Assembly: GCF_006345805.1 (NCBI RefSeq)
Contig: NC_043013.1
Coordinates: forward strand, 42,408,001 to 42,472,000
Direction: 5' to 3'
Length of the DNA: 64,000 bases
Source of the DNA: Octopus sinensis
Lineage: Eukaryota
This document shows, piece by piece, positions 40,495-55,390 of this stretch. The translations under genes were made by a program, and so were the position numbers. The notes beneath the pieces are model-generated. The model searched no databases and had not been told where the DNA came from. It saw only the letters and a program-made list of their open reading frames with translations. Within the stretch, counting starts at the first letter, position 1; each line of letters opens with the position of its first letter.

Positions 40495-41100
40495 CGCCAT
40501 TAAGAGTTCATACTTCACTCATTGCTCCTGTGTGAGCCCCTACACGGCCACTCTGGAAGAGGGAGACCGAGGATGACATATGTTGATGCCTTAAGGGCAG
40601 ACACTGGTCTCTGGGAGACACAGGACATGGCAGCGATGATGACAAAGACCGCTGGAGAGAATTCATCCATGGATTTCGGGAATTTTACCCGCCCTAGATA
40701 TATATATATATGTGCGTGTGTGTGTGTGTGTGTGCGTGCGCGCGCATACACACACGCATACAGAAAAAAAGCACTTCAAGAATACATTCAAAGCATCACT
40801 GAAGAGTTTTGAGATCAAACCCAACACCCGAGAAACGCAAGCACAAGACTGCCCTGCCAGGCGAGGTTGCTCCAACAGAGATGCACCTCCTGCGAACAGA
40901 ACAGGATTGTAAGGACACACACAAAAAAAACGTGAACTGTGCAAGTCCAGAGCCAACTACTCGCCTTCAGTCTCGGCAGACCACCAGTGCCTGTCTTACA
41001 ACAGTGCCTTCTGAGCTCTCATCGGACCGATCGGCCACAGCAAGACGCACCATACAACGTTTTTTGCCATGTACTATCAACAGCGACGGACGAACTAATG
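40495..41100 (+). mobile_element. two RTE-clade LINE 3' fragments
   Basis: LLCEPLHGHSGRGRPRMTYVDAL and KKHFKNTFKASLKSFEI..AQDCPAR, both RTE C-terminal signatures. Confidence 0.7.
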
Positions 41101-41859
41101 TGTGTGCGTGTGCGCAAATCAAAAATAAAAAAAACAAACAAAACTCAAAAGGAAGTATACGGTGAATGTATTAGGTTGACGTGCTCAATTTAAGATAAAA
41201 AAAAAGAGGGGATGTGACGTTTTGAGCATGGCTCTTCATCAAAAAAAGGAAAGAGGAAAGGTCCGGAGAGAAGGGATAGTCCGAGGAAAGCACACTTGTG
41301 GTATACAGTTCAAAATTGTAGAAAACACAAAAATCAAAAGGCGGAGACAGGTGAGGGACCAAGAAGCAATGTGTATTAGTTTGACGCTGAGGAAAAATGG
41401 AAGAGTCTTTGACGTTTCGAGCCTACGCTCTTCTACAGAAAAGAATATGAGGTAAAACAGATGGAAAGACACAGGCATGGCTGTATGATTAAGAAGCTCG
41501 CTTTTGCAAGTACTTGGTTTCGCATACATTCTCTTCTACTATAAACCCAGATCAGCAAATGCCTTGTGTGTGTGTGTGTGTCATTTTGTCCTCCACCATC
41601 GCTTGACAACTAGTAATGGTTTATATACATCCCCTTAACGTAGCGGTTCGGCCAAAGAAACCGAGAGAATATGTACCAAACTTTAAAAGAAAAAATAAAT
41701 TTGTTTGACTAACATGGCCGCTATCCAGTGACTGAAGCAAGTAAAAGATAAAAAATATCAGCGAGAAGAGAGAGAGAGAGAGAGTGTGAGAAAATGAAGC
41801 AAAACTGCTGAATGGTTGAAGAGCAAAACTTCACTTTTTCGCTAAGAGAAAATATATTG

Positions 41860-43045
41860 ATGGACACAGAGAAATAGGAAAAAAGAAACTATTAAAGAGA
41901 GAGGACGAGATAAAGTAACTGAAAGGGGGGGGGGCGTGAAAGAGGAAGAGAAGAGAGAATAAGATTTGAATGAGGAAGAGAATGGACGAAAACTGAAAGA
42001 ATGAGACAAGGAGTCAGTGTGGTGTGGTAAGAACAAATTGAGATTGACAGAGAGGGACAGACAGAGAGAGAGACACACACTGTAAGAGAGAGAGAGAGAG
42101 ACAGAGAGAGAGAGAGAGACAGAGACAGAGAGAGACAGAGACAGAGAGAGACAGACAGACAGACAGAGAGACGGAGAGACAGACAGACAGACAGAGAGAC
42201 GGAGAGACAGACAGAGACAGACAGACAGACAGACCGACAGAGGTAGAGAAAGACACAGAGTGGTAGAGAAAGGGGAAGAAAGGCAGACAACCAGGAAGAT
42301 AGAGACAGAGAGAGCAGGAGAACAGACAGACACACAGAGAAGAGTGAGAGGGAAAAGAAGAGAGAGAGAGAAGCAAACAGCCGAAAAGCGACGGACAGAG
42401 AGAGAGAGGACAGACTGAGAGGCAAAGAGAAACAGAAACAGAGAGAGAGAGAGAGAGAGAAGCAGACAGTCAGAAACAAACAGAGAAAAGAGGACAGACA
42501 GGTATAAATAAAGAGAGAGTGAAGGAGGGAGATAGACAGAGAAAAATGAGGAAAATTTGAGAAAAAGAGAGTATGGAAGAAGAGAGAAAGTAAATTTGAC
42601 AGTGAGAAAGAGACAAGAGACGAAGAAAGTAAAGAGGAAAATAAAAATTGAAAGGAGAAAGCAAAAATTAACAGAGACAAAGAGAGAGGAGGAAGAGAGA
42701 AGGAAAGAGAGGAGAAATAGAGAGGGGAAAATGAGAGAGAGATAGAGAAAGAAATGATAAATCGAGTAAATTTGACAGAAAGCGTGGAAAGAGAGAGAGA
42801 GAGAGAGAGAGTAATAAATTGATTGAAAGAAGAAGAACAACGACAACAAGAGTGTAATGGAATGAGATTGAGAGGGAAAAGAGGTAGATGGGGTGAAATT
42901 ATAGACAGAGAAATACAGTGAATGAATATAGAGAGGAAGAGGGAAGGTATATGTGATAGATAGATAGATGGAGAGAGAGGGAGTGAAGGAGAAGAGGGAA
43001 AGTAAGAGAGAGCTATAGAGAATCAATGTGGAAGTGAGAGGAGTT
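41860..43045 (+). repeat. ~1.2 kb purine-rich (GA/GACA) tract
   Basis: Seen directly; strong strand asymmetry. Confidence 0.9.
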
Positions 43046-43412
43046 TATACATAGCAACAGCCACTAAAACTAGCCGAGACAGACTGGCGCAGTCAGAAAG
43101 CGCACACATACAGACACATATTTGCACATACATACATACATTCACCTACATAATCACATGTATTCGCTCATTATCTAATCGTATATATACACACACATAT
43201 ATATTTATTTGTTTATATATGTGTATGAGTGTGTATAAACACTTGAGTGTGAACACGGTGTGCTCAATAGAGAGAGTTATATATTATATATATATTTATT
43301 ATACTATATTATATTTTATATGGAAGCTCGAAACTTCACAAACCATTACTCCGAGTTTCGCGGTTCCGATCTTCGAACGACGATATAGAAAAATGAGAAA
43401 CTATAAGTAACT

Positions 43413-43465
<53 letters not shown>

Positions 43466-43470
43466 CAGAC

Positions 43471-43612
<142 letters not shown>

Positions 43613-43621
43613 GTAGATAGG

Positions 43622-43677
<56 letters not shown>

Positions 43678-44270
43678 GGAAGAAAGGAGAGAGAAAGAAA
43701 GTGAAGCAGTGGGGAGCAAATACAACAAATAACTACTCGTGCACTCGACTCAATCCAGTTACAATATGCGAGATGCACATACACACACATAAAATAAGGC
43801 ATATTAAGTCATATCCATATACACAGAGGAGAAAGTTAGACACATGCACACAGTCACACTAACACCAATAGTTTTTTGCACACAGTGAGTCGAAAATAGT
43901 GAGGTGCAAAGAAAAAAAAGACCGATAGGGAGAAAGGCATAACTAAAAAAGAGAGGGAGAAAGAGAGAAACGAGACTAAAAGAAACGAGAAACGATTGTG
44001 TGACAGAGTAATAAAGCACACACACTCACACTCAAGAGAAAGATGAAGAGACCTATACTGCACACATGTATATAGAGATACGTATAAATATATACACACC
44101 ATACACCAACATACTATACAATATACACAAACACATAGACACACTGTGTCAGAGAAACGGGCTAAATCACAACGCACACACAAATATACACATACATACA
44201 CACATACATGCATGAATGCTGAGTATAAGACAGAGTGACAGAGAAAGAAAGAGAGAGAATTACAGTTGCA

Positions 44271-44286
44271 ATCATTCATTCAGTTT
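44271..44286 (+). promoter_or_regulatory. candidate initiator (TCATTC/TCAGTT) between GA-rich tract and first exon
   Basis: atcattcattcagtt matches the invertebrate Inr consensus TCAKTY twice; position upstream of the putative first exon; short motif. Confidence 0.25.
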
Positions 44287-45413
44287 CTCTCTCTCTCTCT
44301 TTCTCTCTCCCACATACACACACACACACACATACATATAATATTTGGCTCAAAGCAGATAGATACACACACACATACATTCACAGACATTGACTCACAC
44401 TCACAGACAGACACACGCGCCCATACACACACACACACACACAACACATATGCCAGGCAAAGCTCAGATACAGAAATACGCAGTCAGGCACAGAAATGTA
44501 CGCTTACAGCCGCATATACACATACACATAGAGCCAAGCAAACACACACATACAGGCACATAGAGCGAAGCACTCACACTCATAGCCAAGTTACAGACAC
44601 GCACTCTCATGCAGCCAAGTTACACACACTCACACACGTAGCTAGGAGCAAAGCCACTCAGTGAAGAATACACATTAATTGAGCACACAATAACATAAAC
44701 ACACGCTCGCACTCACACAGCAGCCAGGCCACACATATACAATAAGCCATGGCAGCATACATAGTAGTCTACACAGTTGCACAGACACACACACAGTGAG
44801 ACATACACAGCCACAGAGAATTACTCCCAAGCCAGACAGCAGCGCCATATTTGCTGCGCTGTCTTTCACAGAAAGGTGAAACGACGCACCATAACTGTCG
44901 ACCCCTACTCAATACCACCATCACCACCAGGACATCACAGAATAGAACACTCACACACATGCACACACACATACATACATACATACATACACACATACAT
45001 ATAGCATAACACAGAGAGAGAGAGACATGCGCGCGCGCACTTGTACAACAATAACAGCGACACTACTGTACATCGAATATAATAACTAATAGTCTGTCTA
45101 ACCGCACCAACGTAGCAGACAATCACCACCACACGACAGTGTATACAAATTACGACACCATAACTGCCGACACTAATTATAACACCACTCTTGTACTACA
45201 CTCGCAACGCACTACCACAGCTACACTGCACATATTAACACCATAACTGTCTCCCCCCCCCCCCAATTATGAGTCCACACCACGCCACGGCAACACAGTA
45301 ATATCTCGGTGTTACATTACGCACTATCATCCCTACCACAACACTACTAACACACCACAACACTGCATTTATACTACAAACACCGCTACCTTCTGCATGT
45401 CTCCATATAAAAT

Positions 45414-45471
45414 ATGCTGGCCACATTCAAATGGATATTTATAGTCCTAACATCAATCGGATTACACATAG
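45414..45471 (+). CDS. probable first coding exon encoding a signal peptide (MLATFKWIFIVLTSIGLHI-G/X), phase-1 intron
   Basis: A at -3 of ATG, Lys plus hydrophobic core, perfect donor AG|GTAAGT at 45472; no downstream exon recognised in the window. Confidence 0.6.
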
Positions 45472-46240
45472 GTAAGTTAAAGTATTTGTTATTTTGGAAG
45501 AAAAATCACATTTTTATCTCTCGCTTTCTCTCAAATTATCTATTTGTCTGTCTATCTATATTTATCAATTTATATATATTATATATTATATATATATATA
45601 TATTTAACTGTTTATTTAGTATCTCATCTCTATTATATCTTCTCATAAGACTAGCTGCCAAACCGGTCATCACTGAACACTAGTCCCCTCCATTAAAAAC
45701 GACATGCATTTCACTAGAGCAAGCTGCCAAACCTCGACTTAAACTGAATTATCATCACTTTTCGTTACATATTTTCTTTTGTTTACCTATTTATTTTTTT
45801 TCTGGCTGCTTTATTCATCTTCATAAATAACTCCCAATCAACTATTTAACCATCATCCTGTTTTATTCACTCTCTCTCTGATCAACCATACATTCTTACT
45901 GTTTAGGTTCTGCTGGATTGCATGAGTATGAATTGAATTTGGAAATAACAACGACAACAACAAAAGAAGGTATATATTAAAGTGTACTATGAGATTGTTT
46001 CTTTTATTTCCAACACTGTTCATGCTGATGCAGACCTTCACTGTCCATTGTTTCTGGTCATTATCCTTCTTTAACACAGATACTTCATCTACTCTCTATT
46101 TCCACTTGCACAAAGGGCCCCACCCGAAGTACTTATGTCTGTACCTTCATTTTCACACCACTTAAACAAACCCTTTTGTTGTTTCTCTGTCCACCAACCA
46201 CTTTTTCTATATAGGTATATGACATCTGTATCCACACACA

Positions 46241-46272
<32 letters not shown>

Positions 46273-46358
46273 CTTATATGTGTGTATGAAATCACTTGCG
46301 TCCTATGTATATATGTCTGATATCCCATAGTGGGTTACATTCATAACCCCTATCTTAC

Positions 46359-46404
<46 letters not shown>

Positions 46405-47462
46405 CATAAATGTGTGTGTGCGTATATGTATAGGTGTGATATATGTTTGTGTCTGTATGCGTGTATGTCTGTGAAATGCATATAACTGTGTGGGGTGTGT
46501 GTCTCACACACACCGCAAACGAAAGAATGCGTGTATCAAACATGCGCCTATTTCTTACGTATGGCAATGTAACCTGGTTCTACTACATCTGGATAACTTT
46601 GTACCTAAGATGTCTGGGAAACAATTCGCTATATCAGATAGGAAGACGAAGTGCCAGGCACAAGGTTTTCCATCTTTAGGTGGAAAAAATACCTTCCTTT
46701 TAAACTTTTCTCGTGATATATGGAATATGATTAAACTTTTGTCGTTTAAACTGGATGAACAACATCTTACATTTCTAAAATGCTGTTGTAGACTTGTTCA
46801 AATTCTGGAGGCAAAATAAAAAGGATCTTTTGGAAAGCACCTTTCTATTTTATCATAAACGACTGCGATGCAAAAGAAACCCGAAGAGAAACAAGTATGC
46901 TACAAATTCTTGGAACTCACAGCACAACTGTGATCCCAAAAGCGAAATCCACTCAGCTTTGCTCCATCTATGTAGCTACTGTAATCTTCGTGAAAAAAAA
47001 ATCTTTGGTATTGTGGATAAAACGAAAACAAAAAAAAAAACAAAAAAAAAAATTCTAATTGATAAACCCAGCTCTACAGGAAATGCACACCCGAGCACAG
47101 CTGTAGTGATTCACTTTGGATCACATCGCGAAATGTGCTCTTGCATACAAGTGTTGCAAACGATCTTACTAGCTATCGTTTCGTTTCTGATACCATAAAG
47201 TGATCCATCAGCCGTATATTAATAATACTAAGTATTAAATATTAAAGCCACTACATACACACATAGGCACACACACACACACAACCATACTGCCATCTCT
47301 TTACTTGTTATTTTGCCTCTATTTATTTCATTTTGTTTAGTTGTTTGTTCGCTTTTTTTTTTCTTCCCTATTGCCGTTTGTGAACTGTTTACTGCAAGAC
47401 ATGATCATGTGTTAACAACACTCCAACAGAAAGATCCCACCTCTCTCTCTCACTCTTTTTCA

Positions 47463-47507
<45 letters not shown>

Positions 47508-48930
47508 AAGGTAATGCTATTTGTGTACTGAGCGGGAGTAGATTTTATAGCGTATATTCCTATAATGATCCTAGATATGAATGGAATAATAAAAGATATA
47601 CATGTGCGTGTGATTGAGAGAGAGAGAATGTGTGTGTTTGTGTTCATTTTCAGTTAAAATGCCATTATACTAAAATTGAATGTAGGTGTCGTGTGCCTGT
47701 TTGAATTCTCACAGCTAAAATATCAATATGCCTTATCACATACACACACATATTAGATAGATGTGTGTGTGTGTGTGCTAACTATGGAAGATGATACTAC
47801 AGTCGTATGGCTTCTTTAGTTACACCACCCAAATCTTAATATCGTCCTCATCTTCAACATTCTTCAACAACCTCGCTAATCAGACCTGCTAGGTTTCGTC
47901 TGTACTCCTGCTCGCCTTCGTTATTGTTTGAGATTAACCTCAGATCAGCTCCGAATGAGCAAACACCTACGATCAAAGTACGTTCCAGCTTTGATTATCC
48001 ATCTTTCATAGATATTCTGGGCCTATTTCTACATTGTCCAATGTGGTTTCCTTTCCTCCCTCTCTTTTTAAGACAGTCAAGGGTGTAATTTAAGCAATAT
48101 TTGGTTGCTATTGCTAGCAGGTGGACCCACCACGTCGAGGTTATCTCCTTCGTTGGTTTGTGTATATTTTTCTTTATGTATTGTGAAGTGAAATTTCTCA
48201 ACAACAAAAATAAGTGTTGGTGATGGTGGTGGATTGTCTGCTAGTTGAGATCTTGCTGGTGGTTTATTAAAATAAGTCAAGGAGACTCGAGAAAGATAAA
48301 TTGTTAAACACACACACACATATGTATACATACATATATGTATGCGTGTGTGTGCATGCATGCATGTATATATGTATGTGGGGAGAGAGAAAGAGATGAT
48401 GGCTAAACATTTTTACTTCAGAATGTGGCTTGATTTTGTTTTCAAGTGCCTTCTCGTTTTAGTTGTGTCTTCTCTATATTATCGCTCTAAATTTGATTTG
48501 TAATTTTATTGTCCTTAATTCGCTGTGCACGAATGCACGAGAAACTATTTCTCAATGTAACAGTAAATTAAATATATTTTGTTCGTATCACTACTTGGCT
48601 TTTAAATAAAAAAAGAGAGAGAGACCGACTAATAAATAGATAACTGTATCACAGACGTGATAAAAAGGTAGATTGATAGAGCAGTGCGAAACCTAAGAAA
48701 TTAGCTGGTAATTGGTGTGTGTGTGTGTTCTTGTTCATTTAGTGTCAGCCTGACTTTGATGTTCTGCAATGGTAAGAAGAGCGAAAGAGTGGCGGCGGCG
48801 GTGCTGAAAGAACACTTAGCCTGATCTGTGACTAATTCTTCTCCATCCATCTCTCTCTCTCTCCTCCGTTGTTGACATCAGTGACATGTAAACATTTCGC
48901 CTGTTTCCCTCTCTCTCTCTATTTGTTCCT

Positions 48931-48961
<31 letters not shown>

Positions 48962-49193
48962 TATATATATATTACTGTGTGTCCTTTGTTTTTCTGTCAG
49001 TTTAGATGGGAAACATTAGCCATAGCTGTACTTGCCGATAATACTTGCAGAGATAAGAAGTGTGACATTGATTATAAAGTATTTTAATTAAAAATTTGCT
49101 ACGCTCACACACATACATAAAATAAACACTGCCTTTTAATCTTGGCCTCCACCCCGTAGATATATATGTATGTGTGTGTATATACATACATAC

Positions 49194-49231
<38 letters not shown>

Positions 49232-49236
<5 letters not shown>

Positions 49237-49289
49237 GCGATGCCCCAGCATGGCCACAGCTCGTGAGCTGAAACTAGACAAAATAAATA
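49232..49289 (+). mobile_element. extremely 5'-truncated copy of the CR1/L2-group LINE tail
   Basis: aaatggcgatgccccagcatggccacagctcgtgagctgaaactagacaaaataaa nearly identical to 36736-36792; embedded in (TA)n. Confidence 0.85.
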
Positions 49290-50505
49290 TATATAAAACC
49301 AACTTAATGATAATGCGGATTTATTTCGTAGCTAGCAAATAAACCATCGTCGCCGCCAGCCTTTATCTGTTTACTGGCGAATATCTTCCACATCATTAGA
49401 CTTTGAGAGGAAGGAAGTGGCATGAACGTCACCCAATCTCATCCGCTTTTCACTCTTAATTTTTGCTGTATGAATTAAAAGTTACAAACACCCATTCCTG
49501 TTGTTGTTCGCCGGCGAGTGTTATACCCACGAGCCGGCTTCGTTCCTCAGTTGTCGCCATATCACTTCATTAGCTCTCTGCTATGCCCTTGACATGAAAG
49601 GTAAACCTTAAACAATCTCCTTTCGTTTTAAATTTCTCCTAATCGCGAAACCTTGAGCTTTTGTCGGAAATCCTTATATACCTCTTATTTTACACTGCTC
49701 TAGTTATGTTGGTCTTGTGCCAAATAAAACTTTGGGTTTTTTTTTTCCTTCTGAGAATCTCATTCATTCGTTTTTATTTATGTATGTGCTTAATACTGCA
49801 TTGTTTCCTTTTGTATTCTTGGTCATTACTTCGCGTTGGTATCCCTCTAGGGTTGACAAAGTAAAGTACCTGTCGAGTACTGAGGGGGTAGTGGCTAAGG
49901 TATTGACTAGTCCCTTTTCAAAATTGCTGGCCTTGCGCTTAAAATCAGAAGCCATAAGGGTGACCAACTAACAGAATTGTTAGTGCATCGGACAAAATGC
50001 CTAGCGGCATTTCTTCCAGCTCATCACTTTCTGAGTTCAAATAACGCTGTGATCAACTTTGCTTTTTATCCTTTGTAGGATATAAGCGATTAAACCTCAA
50101 CTATTATTATTATCGTTAGTTACTTATGTCCTGAGTTTAAATACTGCCGGTATCAACGTTGCCATTCATCCATCTGGAGTCGAAAGTACCAATCAAGTTG
50201 TAGAGTCGATGTAATCGATTAACCCCGTTCCCCCAAATTTCAGGCCTTATTCCTATTAATTAGTAGAAAGAATTATTATTTTGTTCATCGTGATATTATT
50301 ATAAAACTGTTTACATTCCACACCTTTCTCGGTCGAGAAAGAAAGTTTCAGTTACATACAAGAGCGAATCGTGTGTTCCCCCTGATTCCTTCAGTAGGTT
50401 TTTGTCATTTATCGGATTCGACTGAATCTATGAAATCGAATCGCTACCTGAGCCCAAGCGACAGCAGCCAACACTTTCTTTCCCATTCCTCACGGCAAAT
50501 TATTA

Positions 50506-50636
50506 CTGTATTTTCTTGTGTATAAGTCGCGCTCGTCTTAGCTTTACCTCGTGTATAAATCGCACTCCAGTGGGTGCTTTTTTCACTTAAAATTAAGTAT
50601 GAAATTGTGCGATTTATACATTTAGTATAAACACAG
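50506..50636. mobile_element. small pogo/Tc2-like MITE
   Basis: TA|ctgtattt..tataagtcgc ... gcgatttataca..acacag|TA. Confidence 0.55.
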
Positions 50637-52024
50637 TAATTTTATAAATTTGTGTCTACATCAAATCTTTCCACCACCTAGCAATATCATCCAAATAAGC
50701 AGGGGAGTGCTTGGTAGTCTGGGATTGTTGTTCATGGAACTGGAAATAATGTGGACAGACTGAAAATAATGTCAACATATTTCTCAGAAAATTCCAGACA
50801 GGAGTCAGCTACGAAGAGAAGAATAAACACTTATACTGGCTCTCACCATAATTGAACTTATCGAACCCTTCTCTCAAAGGAACTGTCTTTATCGATTAAA
50901 TTGTTGTCGGCCACAGAGCTTCACCAGATTCCACGGATTCCGAATTTTACTATAATTCTGTTATATCCCTCCCCCGTCTCTCTCTCTCTCTCTTTCCCCT
51001 AATGTATGGCCTTGTGCCTATTTCAGAAACCATTGTTATTTTTTGGAATGCCGTGGAATGGCAGAAATGGTAGAGTGCCAGACTAAACGCTGCCTCACTG
51101 AATTAAAATTTCAGTTTCTTTCTTCCGTGTTTTGAGTTCAGATCATGCCGCCACTAAGTGTGTGTGTGTAGAAGAGGGGGAGTTGATAAAATAGAGATCA
51201 GATATGTACGATTGCTTTTACAAACGGGGAAATACGAAACTCTGTATGTGAAGTAGAATGTGTGAGTGAGTGTGCGAGACTTTCAGTTATAATATATTAA
51301 AGAATACTCTACATTTATATTGAGTCCTGTAATTTGTCGCTTCTGGTGAATCGACAGAGGTTTATATAAACACACGTCTCGAAAATAAATAAATAAATAA
51401 ATAACTCCACAACAGAACTCAATACATGATACCACAGTGTGCGTGTGGTTCAAAATGTACAAAAAAAAAAAGATAAGCGAGGGAACAACAAACAAGGTGT
51501 ATTAGTTTGACGGTCAGGCAAAATGAAAAAGCCGTTGACGTTTCGAGCCTATGCTCTTCTACAGGAAAGGTATGAGGGAAGAAATATATTCTGAGAAGCT
51601 CTGTGAGAGCAAGAGTGGCTCAAGAACCTAGAGTTTCGTATCATGCCCTTATCAAACAATTTAATAGATACAGAACTCTAGGCCCTCAAGTTCAAATATG
51701 TATTAGAATCGATTCAATCTATTGTGTGTGTGTATGTGTGTCCCACCACCTTACTACTCTACAGTTCCGTGGCCGCGTGTCTTAAATCTTGACGAGTTTG
51801 AATTCCTTTCGTCCTTCCGAACTCGGTAGCAAAAGTATCAGTTAATTAGTAGATCGGTAATACCTTCTCCTTTCCTCGAATATTTAAACATAAATTAAAG
51901 ATTATTATTTTATTTCTTTTCCATTTTTTTTTCAGTCGACTTGTTTATTGAGTACTTTTATTGTACTATCGAGGATAGAGCTGTCTATCTTGGGATCCGT
52001 GTAATATTTAGTTTTAGTTAGTTA

Positions 52025-52427
52025 GTGGCTGTGTGGTAAGTAGCTTGCTTACAAACTACATGGTTCCGGGTTCAGTGCCACTGGGTGGTACCTTGGGCAA
52101 ATGTCTTCTACTATAGCCTCGGGCCGACCAAAGCCTTGTGAGTGGATTTGGTAGACGGAAACTGAAAGAAGCCCGCCGTGTATGTATATATATGTATGTA
52201 TGTATGTGTGTGTATATATGTTTGTGTGTCTGTGTTTGTCCCCCCCCCCCAACATCGCTTGACAACCGATGCTGGTGTGTTTACGTCCCCGTAACTTAGC
52301 GGTTCGGCAAAAGAGACCAACAGAATAAGTACTAGGCTTACAAAGAATAAGTTCTGGGGTCGATCTGCTCGACTGAAGGCGGTGCTCCAGCATGGCCACA
52401 GTCAAATGACTGAAACATGTAAAAGAG
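52025..52427 (+). mobile_element. full-length SINE family A
   Basis: Same structure as 9201-9670. Confidence 0.9.
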
Positions 52428-54376
52428 GAGTATACTCTTAAGTATTGACAATACTCAACGAGAACACCTTGGGAAAGTGATGTAAGGATTGACTGAAAAT
52501 GGGACAAACTGGCATGTTTATTAAAATTCAGATGGTCCCCATCTTTCTAAACTTGTCTAACACTACAGCAAAGTAATTGTCATTTTATTTGATAAATGTG
52601 GGATGTCAGAAATTTCATTAATACCGGCAGTGGACTGGTACGTGTCAACTTCAGCACCGTTCTACGTAATATCGTTATTCGTGTGCAATGTCTGAGAGCG
52701 AAGTGATATTCTCTGTATCGTATTTTATGTACATATCTCATGACGTGAGTGTTTTGGTTATATATATGTGTCGATACATTTTTCTTTCTTTTTTTTTTTG
52801 TAATCATTCTCAAGGTCTCGCGGAATCATGGCTGTGTGGTTAAGAAGATACCTTCGCAATCACATGGATTCATGTTCAACCCCACTACGCTGCACCTTGA
52901 GCAAAATCTCCTATAACCCAGGATCGACCAAAGCTTTGCGAGTGAATTTGGTTGGCTGAAACTGTACAGAAGCCTGTGGGGTGGGGGCGCATGTACATGC
53001 CTTTGTATCCCCTCTCTCGTTGGTTTGTTTACGTCCCCGCGCGTTCGCAATTCAGCAAAAGGGACCTATAAAATAAGTACCCAGACTTTAAAAAAATCAA
53101 TACTTGGGATCGATCAGGTCGACTAAACCTTTCAAGGTGGTGTCCCCAGCTCATGGCCCCATTGCAATAACTGTAACGTGTAACAGAATAAGACACCTTA
53201 TCTGTCAAGTGGATCGTTTCAATGACTTGCAGAACATTTAGTTACTTCCCCTTCTGAGTTCTGAGTTCAAATTCTTCCGAGGTCAACTTGGCCTTTCTTC
53301 GTTACGGAGGAAGGGGTGGGGGGTCATTAAAATAAAGTACCAGTCAAGTACTGCAACGGATTTAATCGACAATACCTGCCTTACTAACAAGTTTCTGGCC
53401 ATGTGCCACAATTCACTACTACTACTACTACTATTACATAATCTTCGTTTGCTGAGATGTTACTAGAATGTTTTTGGTGATGTGATGCACACCACACATA
53501 AAATAAGAAAGAGAGAGAGAAGAGAGAGAGTTGCAGCTGTTTGATTCTAGAAAAGAGGAGGGGGTGGGGTGAAGTAAGTTGTAAACTAACTTCAGAGTGG
53601 ATGAAATAACATGAGCTGTTTTATGTCAGTTGGATGTTGGCACTGTGTGTGTGTGTGTGATCATCATCACCGTCATCATCATCATCCATTGTATTAGGGC
53701 CAAATTTTCCATGTTCGCATGGGTCAGATAGACAGAATGTGTTGAGGCAGATTTTCTGCGGTCAGATGCTCTTCCTGTCACCAATCTTCAGTTGTTTTGA
53801 AGACAATATTTCCCCGTGACCAGAAGATTGGAAACGAAGGATATTTATTTCCATAACGGTGGCACTTGTTTACACATGCTACTCAGTGTCAGAGCCCAGA
53901 GAAACTAACACACTCACATGCATAATACATGAATACATAATACATACATATTTGATGAGGCTTCTTTCAGTTTCTATCTACCAAACCCAGTCGCAAGGTT
54001 TTGGTCAGCCTGGGGCTTTAGAAAAAGACTTACCCAAGGTGCCATGCAGAAACTGATCCTGGAATCATGTGATTGAGAAGCAAATTTCTTACCACCTAGC
54101 CATGCCTGCACCTAAGTCTTATGTATATATGTATCATATATGCATTGGTATTAAATGTGAGATAGTACATGTAATATATTTATATTCATGCTGTTCGATG
54201 TAACTGGTTTTTATCCTTCAACAACTAAACTTTTGTCAATGAAAAGTCCTGGCTTTTGCCAAACCCATTAGTGATATTAGCAAATTAGATTTTCATGTGA
54301 TTATGAATGTGAGAAAAATGACTTGTTTTTTTTTTGGGTAACAAAACATGACTTTAAAAAAAAAGCAAAAAACATT

Positions 54377-54768
54377 GGCGTAGGTGTGGCTGTGTGGTAA
54401 GTAGCTTGCTTACGAACCACATGGTTCCGTGTTCAATCCCACTGCGTGGCACCTTGGGCAAGTGTCTTCTACTATAGCCTCGGGCCGACCAAAGCCTTGT
54501 AAGTGGATTTGGTAGACGGAAACTGAAAGAAGCCCGTCGTATATATGCATGTGTATATGTTTGTGTGTCTGTGTTTGCCCCCTCCCCACAAATTGCTTGA
54601 CAACCGATGCTGGTGTGTTTACATCCCCGTAACTTAGCGGTTCAGCAAAAGAGACCAATAGAATAAGTACTAGGCTTACAAAGAATAAGTCCTGGGGTCG
54701 ATTTGCTCGACTAAAGCAGTACTCCAGCATGGCCACAGTCAAATGACTGAAACAAGTAAAAGAGTAAA
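54377..54768 (+). mobile_element. full-length SINE family A
   Basis: Same structure as 9201-9670. Confidence 0.9.
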
Positions 54769-54799
54769 TAGAGTTTGAATTGTTTGATGCATGCTTCAC

Positions 54800-55050
54800 T
54801 ACCTCGTCCTATGTCTTCCTGAATCTACCTCTTCCACAGGTTCCCTCCACAGTTAGAAATTCGAACTTCTTTACACAGCTGTCTTCATCCATATGCATCA
54901 CATGACCATGCCAGGGCAGTCTTCTCTCTTGCACACCACATCTGATGCCTCTTATACCCAATTTTTCTCTTAAGATGCCCTCTAGTTCTTGGAGTGATAC
55001 AGCTACAAGAACAAGGTCATCAGCATAGAGGAGCTCCCACGGGCAGCCCA
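54800..55050 (-). mobile_element. internally deleted RTE LINE fragment
   Basis: CPWELLYADDLVL joined to RRLPWHGHVMHM..VEGTCGRGRFRKT. Confidence 0.85.
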
Positions 55051-55390
55051 TCTCTTTTACTCTTTTACTAGTTTCAGTCATTTGACTGCGGCCATGCTGG
55101 AGCACAGCCTTTAGTCGAGCAACTCGACCCCAGTACTTATTCTTTTGTAAGCCCAGTACTTATACTATCGGTCTCTTTTGCCGAACCGCTAAGTAACGGG
55201 GATATAAACACACACGCATATATATATACATATATACGACGGGCTTCTTTCAGTTTCTATCTACCAAATCCACTCACAAGGCTTTGGTCAGCCCGAGGCT
55301 ATAGAAGACACTTGCCCAAGGTGCCACACAGTGGGACTGAACCTGGAACCATGTGGTTGGTAAACAAGCTACTTACCACACAGCCACTCC
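55051..55390 (-). mobile_element. SINE family A
   Basis: Reverse complement of family A. Confidence 0.88.

Noticed and set aside
41842-43026. 394 aa Leu/Ser/Phe-rich ORF resembling a membrane protein
   Set aside because: Stop-poor antisense of a purine tract; open in several frames
48742-48770. AG..GTAAGA micro-exon as exon 2 of the 45414 gene
   Set aside because: Joining in phase 1 gives an immediate TGA stop
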